DNA of 42,423 nt, from positions 1 to 42,423 of the forward strand of contig JBBQKK010000002.1 of NCBI GenBank assembly GCA_038326785.1, written 5' to 3'. This document shows positions 35,627 to 42,423 of this stretch, piece by piece. The notes beneath the pieces were generated by a model. That model was not told where the DNA came from. It made no database searches and worked only from the letters and a program-made list of their open reading frames with translations. The first letter of the stretch is position 1. Each line of letters starts with the position of its first letter. The DNA comes from Candidatus Saccharimonadales bacterium. Its GTDB lineage: Bacteria > Patescibacteriota > Saccharimonadia > Saccharimonadales > JBBQKK01. The position numbers and the translations under genes were made by a program.

Positions 35627-37339
35627 GTGAGGAACAATCCCCTAAGCGCAGTTCGCAAGTTTATTCCTATATTTTTAGCGTCTTTTCTTATTGCCAGCCC
35701 TAGTCTGGTCGGTAACCTTATTTTTCCGATTCAACATGGCTCCCCTCAATCTGTAAGCAAGTACCAAAAAAACAAGCTACACCTTAAGATTGATCCTGCC
35801 AGCGATGTAACTTTGATAAACGGTAGTTTTAGCGGTAATCCTGCTGACCAAGTTACCCAGCTTAACCAAATAATTAGCTCTGGCGGCAAAATCAAAGCCG
35901 AAAAGCTAAAAAATACTGCCGGCCAATCTGATATTGCCAAAAAACTAGATAACGCCCTAAACGGTTACTTTGTAATCACCTTTAAGGGCGATACTGATAT
36001 TAATAGTGTTATTTCCCAGCTAAAAGGCTTATCTATAGTAGAAACAGCTTACGGCGAACCTACGGCCGCGCCAGCGCCATCTAGCCCTAGTTTTGTTAAC
36101 TTACAGAGCTATTTGCAGACTGCTCCGACTGGCATTAATTCTACATCTGCCAAGGCTTACCCTGGTGGCAATGGTTCTAACGTGCGGATTTTTGATATTG
36201 AATATAGCTGGAACGTTAACCACGAAGATATTACCAAGGCCCGTACGGCACTAATAGCTAACGGCACGCCCAATGACCCGTTTAGTGATAATAATCACGG
36301 TACAGCCGTAATGGGGATACTTGTCGCTGATGATAATGCTTATGGCGTCACAGGAGCGGCTTCTGGCGCGTCTTTGGGGCTTATCAATGTTAATGATGTT
36401 GAACGCGGTTACGACCCGGTAGGCGCCCTGAGTGCGGCTGCTGCTTACGCCAAGCCCGGAGATGTCATCAATATAGACCAACAGACCTGGGGCCCTACTA
36501 CTGATACTTACGATTTTGTTCCTGTTGAATGGATCCCCGAAGTCTACGATGCCATCAAAACCCTTACAGCTAACGGTGTTATTGTGGTGGAATCGGCTGG
36601 TAATGGCTACCAGAACCTAGATGACCCAACCTATTACGGAACCTCCTTCCCGATGGGCAAGGCTGATTCTGACGCGCTGATAGTAGGAGCTGGCGAAAAT
36701 TGTTATACACCTAAACTATCTCGCATCAGTTACAGTGACTACGGCAAGCGCGTAAACCTGCAAGGCCCTGGCGATTGCGTTGCCACAACTGGTTGGTACG
36801 GCGATTTATACAGCGCTGGTGGCGTAAACGCTTACTACACCCAAAGCTTTAACGGAACCAGCTCAGCGACTCCGGTCGTTTCGGCCGCTGCGGCCGATGT
36901 TAGTTCGGCCTATAAGGCCAAAAACGGGATATTTGCTACTGTTGCTCAAATCCGCGACATTCTATCGCGCGATTCTACCGCCCAAGACACCTCAGCTAGT
37001 GGCCACATCGGTCCGATGCCGGACCTTGATAAGGCCATGAAAGAAATTAGTGCTACTACATCTGGCGATATTACGCCTCCTAGCACGCCTCAGAATCTAA
37101 AAGCTATTCTAAGTAAACAAGGTAAACCAGTGTTAGCTTGGAGCGCTTCTACCGATAACGTCAAGGTTTCTGGCTACAAGGTCTATAGAAATGGCGTCTA
37201 TTACACTACTGTTGGGGCTACCAGTTTTACAGATACTTCAGTAAGCAGACGCACCACTTATAAGTATCAAGTCCAGGCAATAGATACATCGGGCAACAAT
37301 TCGGCTCTATCGGCTCAAGTTTCTATAACTACTAGGTAA
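35627..37339 (+). CDS. Secreted subtilisin-like (S8) serine peptidase with a C-terminal fibronectin type III domain
   Basis: GTG start after AAAGGAG, a signal peptide, and the triad context FDIEYSW (Asp), NNHGTAVMG (His) and GTSSATP (Ser). The C-terminal part PPSTPQNL...YKVYRNG...YKYQVQAIDTSGN is FN3-like. Confidence 0.85.
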   Translation: MRNNPLSAVRKFIPIFLASFLIASPSLVGNLIFPIQHGSPQSVSKYQKNKLHLKIDPASDVTLINGSFSGNPADQVTQLNQIISSGGKIKAEKLKNTAGQSDIAKKLDNALNGYFVITFKGDTDINSVISQLKGLSIVETAYGEPTAAPAPSSPSFVNLQSYLQTAPTGINSTSAKAYPGGNGSNVRIFDIEYSWNVNHEDITKARTALIANGTPNDPFSDNNHGTAVMGILVADDNAYGVTGAASGASLGLINVNDVERGYDPVGALSAAAAYAKPGDVINIDQQTWGPTTDTYDFVPVEWIPEVYDAIKTLTANGVIVVESAGNGYQNLDDPTYYGTSFPMGKADSDALIVGAGENCYTPKLSRISYSDYGKRVNLQGPGDCVATTGWYGDLYSAGGVNAYYTQSFNGTSSATPVVSAAAADVSSAYKAKNGIFATVAQIRDILSRDSTAQDTSASGHIGPMPDLDKAMKEISATTSGDITPPSTPQNLKAILSKQGKPVLAWSASTDNVKVSGYKVYRNGVYYTTVGATSFTDTSVSRRTTYKYQVQAIDTSGNNSALSAQVSITTR

Positions 37340-37342
37340 GTC

Positions 37343-39463
37343 TTAGAACAAAAAGGTCAGTAGCCTAGTGCCAACGGCGTGCAGGGCGCTGCCTATCGGC
37401 TTTGTAGCGATAGTGCGCTTGCTCCAGCCTTTGCGAGCGGCTGCGGTGGTAGAGAACAACCAGGCAAAGCCTAAGATACCAATGCCAGCGGCAATAATCG
37501 TAAATGAATCATTGGCGGCTTGAGTGCCTGTGGGCGGGCTTGTTCCAGTAGTCTTGCCTAACAGGAATTTAGCCTGATGATCGTTAACGGCACTATTGCC
37601 GGCTACGGCGCTTAGAACTTGGCTGTTAACTTTAGCGAAAGCAGTAGTGTTGCCCTGAGGCACAAACTGGAATACTTTTACATTCTGTACGGCACCAGCA
37701 GGCCCACCACCACCTTTTCCGCCCACTGGGTCACCAGCGGACGTATTTACGCCAAAACTGCCGCTCCAGCTGCCAAAAACGTTGATGAACAAAATGCCGA
37801 GCCAATCGCTTAGGTTCAAGGTTGAGCCTTCTATGTTGGTCAAATCCACGCTGGTTGAGGCATTACCGGTAGTGGCGTTACCGCCCGTGGTGTTTTTGGT
37901 AACGCCGGCGTTACCGCTGGCGGCGCTAACATTGATATTGTTATTGATTGCCTGGTTGGTGGTGGAATTTAGGTTAGCTGTGGCGTTGTTGGTGCTATTG
38001 GTGGTCAGGTTGCCTCCTAGAGCTGCGGCGGTGGAGCCGGTGGGCGAATTAACAAGCATACCTACCCAGTTACCCAGTACGTTTACAAAAACTAGCAGGC
38101 AATCTTTGCCGATGATAGTGCTGCCAGTTAGGTTAAGAACATTTACCTTATTGCTGGCATTACCGGTAGTGGCGTTGCCGCCCGTGGTGTTACTACTTAC
38201 AGCGGCATTACCGGTAGTGGCAGTGCCAGTAATGTTGTTGTGTATAGACTGATTGTTGGTTACGTTGGCGTTTAGAGCCGCGTTATTAACGCTTGATAGA
38301 TCAACCGTGGCATATGGTCCGCTAGATGCAATCAAGCTGTTAAGTGCATCCTGAGGCAATAAAATATCTCCGTTTAAGTTGCCATTAATGTTAATTACGC
38401 CCACAAACGATTTACCTGCACCAACAACCGAATTAACTATGTTAGTTATACCGGCTAGTACTGCGGCGTTACCACTGGTGGCGTTGCCGCCAGTGGTGTT
38501 ACTGGCAATAGTGGCATTGCCGCTAGCTGCCGCCAGGTTGATATCGTTATTTATCACTCCGCTAGCTTGATTGTTAACTGTTAAGGTATTGTTAGTCTGA
38601 GAGTCGGCCGTGGTGTTAGAGCCAGGGCCCAGGTTGCTGGGGTTTAACAAAATATCGCCGTTAATATTACCGTTTATGTTCATAGTAAAGGTAGTTAGGT
38701 TATTGCCTTGCAGGCCGCCAATCGATGATTGCAGAGCGTTAATTACCTTGGCCACATCTTGGGCGTTGCCGCTGGCGGCGTTGCCGCCCAGGGTGTTAAA
38801 GGTTACCGAAGCATCACCAGTTTGGGCTAGCTGGCTCAGGTTGTTGCTAATAGATGCATTGTAAAAACCGTTAAAAACGCCGTTAAAGTTATTTGAGTTA
38901 GATAGGTTGCTGGTGGAATCTGGACCAGTGTTATTTATACCAGCGGCGCTAAGCGGACTATTAAGCAAGAGCGCACCAGCTGGTGGGGCGGTAACCTCTA
39001 CTACATTGGGCACATACTTGCCGGCGGCGGCATCATATACCCAATTAACAGTATCCCAGCGTCCCGTGGTGGGATTATAGCTATAGGTTTGGGTAGTTTT
39101 GGGGCTGGTTTGTTTGGTAACGGGATTCCATGTAAAGAAGTCGTTTTCCCATAAGCCAGTAGACGGGTTATACATATAAGTGCTAGACGCCGCTCCACTG
39201 GGCTGGGTCGGCCCGGTGGAGGTTGTGGGTGGGGCTGGAGGAGGCACCGGAGCTGGGCTAGGATCGGGCGTAGGCGCCGGGGCTGGAGTTATTGAAGACG
39301 TGTTTGTAGGATCGCTAGGACTGCTGGATGTTGTGGTAGAGGGGTCGGTAGTAGGCGGCAAGGTATCAGCCAAAGCCGCGGCGGGGTAGGATGTTAGTAG
39401 CACTAGCGAAAGTACAAACAGGGTAGTTTGCCTTAGGACCGTTTTGAGCTTATTAATTATCAT
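37343..39463 (-). CDS. Secreted, C-terminally membrane-anchored Asn/Gly/Thr-rich repeat protein (four ~100-aa modules, beta-solenoid-like)
   Basis: Signal peptide, Thr/Pro/Ser-rich linker, and four modules containing ..SGNA.V..NTTGGNATSGNA...(I/L).N.. followed by a hydrophobic VNV.GN(W/L).G block. A C-terminal TM helix is followed by a basic tail. Confidence 0.75.
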   Translation of the reverse strand: MIINKLKTVLRQTTLFVLSLVLLTSYPAAALADTLPPTTDPSTTTSSSPSDPTNTSSITPAPAPTPDPSPAPVPPPAPPTTSTGPTQPSGAASSTYMYNPSTGLWENDFFTWNPVTKQTSPKTTQTYSYNPTTGRWDTVNWVYDAAAGKYVPNVVEVTAPPAGALLLNSPLSAAGINNTGPDSTSNLSNSNNFNGVFNGFYNASISNNLSQLAQTGDASVTFNTLGGNAASGNAQDVAKVINALQSSIGGLQGNNLTTFTMNINGNINGDILLNPSNLGPGSNTTADSQTNNTLTVNNQASGVINNDINLAAASGNATIASNTTGGNATSGNAAVLAGITNIVNSVVGAGKSFVGVININGNLNGDILLPQDALNSLIASSGPYATVDLSSVNNAALNANVTNNQSIHNNITGTATTGNAAVSSNTTGGNATTGNASNKVNVLNLTGSTIIGKDCLLVFVNVLGNWVGMLVNSPTGSTAAALGGNLTTNSTNNATANLNSTTNQAINNNINVSAASGNAGVTKNTTGGNATTGNASTSVDLTNIEGSTLNLSDWLGILFINVFGSWSGSFGVNTSAGDPVGGKGGGGPAGAVQNVKVFQFVPQGNTTAFAKVNSQVLSAVAGNSAVNDHQAKFLLGKTTGTSPPTGTQAANDSFTIIAAGIGILGFAWLFSTTAAARKGWSKRTIATKPIGSALHAVGTRLLTFLF

Positions 39464-39648
39464 TTAGGGTTATATCTCCAAAGTATTGTTAGCATTAGCC
39501 CACCTGTGGGAGAGTTTGGTTGCAACCAAACTCTCCCTTTTTGCAGAAGTTTAAAGAACCGATTCCTTTTATTGTTCGCGAGGCGCCTCTTTAAAAGTGC
39601 TCCAAGCAGAAATCTTTTTTACTATCTAATGTAATGTCTTATCTTAAA

Positions 39649-40242
39649 TTAGTTAGTGATGCTCAAAGTTACGCTTGAGCTGTTGCTGTTGCTTGCGTCA
39701 CCACTAGTAGCGCTGCCACCAGATGTGTTTTCGGTAACACTTGCGTTGCCGCTCTGAGAAAATTGCTTGTTGTTGCTACTAACAGAAACATTGTTGTTGT
39801 TAGTAACATCAATGTTTACAGTGTTCTTGTTGGTGATCTCGTTGTGAGATTCAGGACCGGTCAAATCGATGCTGCCGCCTTGGCTGCCATCGCCGAAACC
39901 GCTCATGCAACCACAGCCAGCACCACCGCTGTTATCAACGCTAAGATCAGCGCTAAAACTGTTGTCGTTCATGGCGCTACCGCTAGTAGCGTCACCGGCA
40001 GTAGTGTTTTCGTGAACCTTGGCGCTGCCAGTCTTAGAAAACTGGTCGTTGTTGCTGCCCACTGTAACATTGTTGTTGTTAGTCTGGTCCAAATCAAAAC
40101 TATTAGTAGTCTTTACTTTGTTCCAAGATTCCGGACCGGTGTCCGTGATTGAACTGCTGGCACCTACGGTGCCGGCTAGACCCGCGGCAGCAATGCTAAG
40201 GCTGCTTGCCACTGCGACGGTCGTTTTTACGATTTTGTGCAT
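39649..40242 (-). CDS. Small secreted protein with two ~75-aa Asn/Ser/Gly-rich repeats related to the 706-aa protein
   Basis: AGGGGAG SD and a signal peptide. The repeats are I(T/D)xTGPES(W/H)N...NNNNV(T/S)V(G/S)SNNxQFSxxG(S/N)AxVxENTxxGxATSGxA, separated by a GGAGCGC Cys-containing linker. Confidence 0.75.
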   Translation of the reverse strand: MHKIVKTTVAVASSLSIAAAGLAGTVGASSSITDTGPESWNKVKTTNSFDLDQTNNNNVTVGSNNDQFSKTGSAKVHENTTAGDATSGSAMNDNSFSADLSVDNSGGAGCGCMSGFGDGSQGGSIDLTGPESHNEITNKNTVNIDVTNNNNVSVSSNNKQFSQSGNASVTENTSGGSATSGDASNSNSSSVTLSITN

Positions 40243-40373
40243 TTTACTCCCCTTTCATTGAGAGTTAATTTATATTGCTGCTCGGGCTTCTGCTCACCCG
40301 ACTTTGCTAGAAAACCTCCACCTAAGTTTTCCCGCAAAGTCGATTGACCATCGTAGGTAATAAAGCCTTTAAC

Positions 40374-40928
40374 TTATGGGCTACTATCCGTATAAACATT
40401 AGTCGTAGAGTGTGACCGGACTCTTAAATGGCTATTGGTGTTCTGGGTACCTCCGCTTGTAGAAGAAGATGTGCTATTGGTAACGGTAACATGGGTAGTC
40501 TGGCCATCGCTGGTGGTAACCGTTTTGTTTAGCATTCCTTCATCCGGCACCTCAAAATCTTGGCCGTCAACGTTGACGCTAGCCGATGAGTCCCCAGCCT
40601 TAGCCCCACTATCATTACTGCTTGTTATGGATTCGGTGCTAACACTGCCTTGATGGTTATTAACATTATTTTGGCCCTGCGCATCGGCGGCCGAAGAACT
40701 TGAGGATACTAAGTTAAGTCCAGTACTAGACGCGGAACTGCCCGTCCATACTAAAGCGGACAAAGGAGCAACTAAAAAGGCCAGCGCGGCGGCTGACCAA
40801 AAAGCGACCCTTTTATATATAGAAGCGTGCTGGATTGAACTAACAGGACTAGATAATTGAGAAGCAATCAAAGCCCGGCGTGCGTGCCAGCTAGTCTTGC
40901 TTGTCAATCCGATTACTCGTATCTTCAT
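40374..40928 (-). CDS. Secreted/anchored Ser/Thr-rich hypothetical protein
   Basis: GGGAGG SD 7 nt upstream, an N-terminal basic segment followed by a hydrophobic anchor, and a Ser/Thr/Asn-rich remainder. Confidence 0.6.
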   Translation of the reverse strand: MKIRVIGLTSKTSWHARRALIASQLSSPVSSIQHASIYKRVAFWSAAALAFLVAPLSALVWTGSSASSTGLNLVSSSSSAADAQGQNNVNNHQGSVSTESITSSNDSGAKAGDSSASVNVDGQDFEVPDEGMLNKTVTTSDGQTTHVTVTNSTSSSTSGGTQNTNSHLRVRSHSTTNVYTDSSP

Positions 40929-41621
40929 CTAGTACCTCCCTAAATAATAATAACCTCGCACTTGAACGTCCCTGTTATCGTATCCGCACTCCACCCGGGT
41001 ATTTGTTCTGAGTCGAAGTATATCAACATGTATATGCATAAACAGCTTCTTTAGGTTAACGATAATAATGATTTTGCTTTTTTAACAGACATATTTTCGT
41101 ATACTTTTTCACAGCAGTTTTGTCTTGACAACATTTGATCACCTGGACTCGACATAGCTTTGCTCCTAACTATAAAATTGCGGGATTCCAACTGCTTATA
41201 CTTAAGCTAAATGATTGCGCTTAGAACCAGCTTAAAAACTCGCAGCGACATAAAAAGTCTAACCGCGTATGAATAGTATATGCAGTAAAAAATATCACAA
41301 GAACAATAAAAGCTGGGCAACTTTCAACTATATGGGGAGCCAAAAACTTGAATGTCCGAGCTGAAGCATAAGTATGTCCATTATTGTTATATTTATAACA
41401 ACGATTATTATGAAATAAACAGTTAAAATATATAAAAAATTTTTAAATATCATTGTTTTATTAACAATAAAGTATGATGCACAAATAAACTAATAACCAA
41501 AAACGCTTTTGGTTCGCTTAAAAATCGCGGCATAAATTTATTATTCGAAGCACTAACTAACAGCTTGGTCCTAAACTCAAAATTGCACAGCTGTAGAGCA
41601 TAGGCATACAATGTATTATAT

Positions 41622-42386
41622 ATGAGCAATAGCCCGGAGGATCGGCCAACCAACTTACGAAAAGCCTGTACTTTTGAAGCTTTTAATATATCTGGAGAAA
41701 GACTCCGCGAGCTATCGGCCAACGTGGGATTTTCTTTAGACAATCAAATAAATCAAAGCAGGGAAATGGAAGATTCGAACCCGACACTGTATGCCTATAT
41801 TGATGTCCGCGGAGAGCTGGCTCAGCAACGTTTTTTTCAGCGGGCGCGTGACTATACTAGTTATAGTGAAGACCAAAAATCACAAAAAAAGGATCTAATA
41901 GTAGAGCACTTTTATACAGGAGCTTTTATGACTTTTGCACTATTACAGGAGGCTGCCAGAGAGGCGAATGTTTTAATTCCGGAGGTGGATTTTCCTGGCG
42001 ATGCTTATAATCCCGACAATATATCCGGAGGATATTTAGACACGGTCTTGGAGGAGAGTCAGAGAGCTTTTTTGGTGCGTGAACAAATGCCAAGGCTTTT
42101 TTTTGATGGTGTTTTAGCATTATTAGAAAAACGTACCAGAAAATCAGAGCCGGAAGTTTTCGATTTAGTTACTATGGCGAGATCTGCTGGAAGGTCTACG
42201 ATATTTAATAATGAAGCCTTTGCCGCCAGTTATTTTCTGGCCGGTTCGGCAGAGGTTGTGTTGCCCATTGAAGCTGCAGCCCAAAGACTTGCCAAGCAAA
42301 TGGCAACCGTAACCCAAGTTGGTGAGTTGGAATACTTATTCAAGCAGCCAAGCTGGGGCGAAGACAGCCCGAAGCCGCTTAAGTAA
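41622..42386 (+). CDS. Hypothetical cytoplasmic protein
   Basis: A 254-aa ORF with no TM segment or signal peptide. No family recognised. It follows a ~700-bp AT-rich intergenic region. Confidence 0.55.
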   Translation: MSNSPEDRPTNLRKACTFEAFNISGERLRELSANVGFSLDNQINQSREMEDSNPTLYAYIDVRGELAQQRFFQRARDYTSYSEDQKSQKKDLIVEHFYTGAFMTFALLQEAAREANVLIPEVDFPGDAYNPDNISGGYLDTVLEESQRAFLVREQMPRLFFDGVLALLEKRTRKSEPEVFDLVTMARSAGRSTIFNNEAFAASYFLAGSAEVVLPIEAAAQRLAKQMATVTQVGELEYLFKQPSWGEDSPKPLK

Positions 42387-42423
42387 TACCTCTTGCAGAA
42401 GCCTATAATAGGGGTGTATTCTA

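Noticed and set aside
37850-38830. Regularly spaced ~300-bp DNA repeats that could be mistaken for a repeat array
   Set aside because: They lie inside a continuous 706-codon ORF and correspond to protein repeat modules. Their period and lack of short unique spacers are incompatible with CRISPR.
41450-41743. Minus-strand ORF 41450..41743 and antisense ORF 41926..42120
   Set aside because: They overlap the start and body of the better-supported 254-aa plus-strand ORF. They are AT-rich with low-complexity translations and no SD.

Overview
The window looks like a chromosomal segment of a small-genome, monoderm CPR bacterium, most likely Saccharibacteria/TM7. The 16S rRNA gene at 32656-34217 contains, as I recall them, the TM7-specific primer sequences at about 33260-33279 and 33862-33885. 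Most of it is housekeeping: thrS behind a T-box leader, miaA, nrdR, rpmB, the infC-rpmI-rplT operon, comM/yifB, gyrB-gyrA, RNase P RNA, and six intact tRNAs (Asp, Thr, Val, Pro, Ile, Ala). The 16S gene is followed by tRNA-Ile, tRNA-Ala and a terminator, with no 23S. Envelope and secreted functions are mixed in: a processive GT2 synthase, S1- and S8-type peptidases, an LPXTG surface protein, a TraD/VirD4-like ATPase operon, and three secreted Asn/Gly/Thr/Ser-rich repeat proteins. The most unusual signal is non-coding. Three tRNA loci (Asp 32-380, Val 8287-8870, Ile 35003-35288) are surrounded by tRNA gene fragments in ordered, nested arrangements that share junction motifs. One case is a tRNA-Ile-like gene split in its anticodon loop with the intact tRNA-Ile inside the split. 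Other unexplained non-coding features are two tandem structured RNAs that share a duplicated 39-nt 5' block (15133-15616), a ~105-nt structured repeat on both sides of the infC operon that shows compensatory changes, a GC-rich structured island plus a small ORF inside the 16S-tRNA spacer, and two long ORF-free regions (7977-9830 and 20108-21436). No CRISPR array, transposase, integrase or recognisable defence system is visible. All calls come from reading the sequence and ORF translations by eye; no searches were run.
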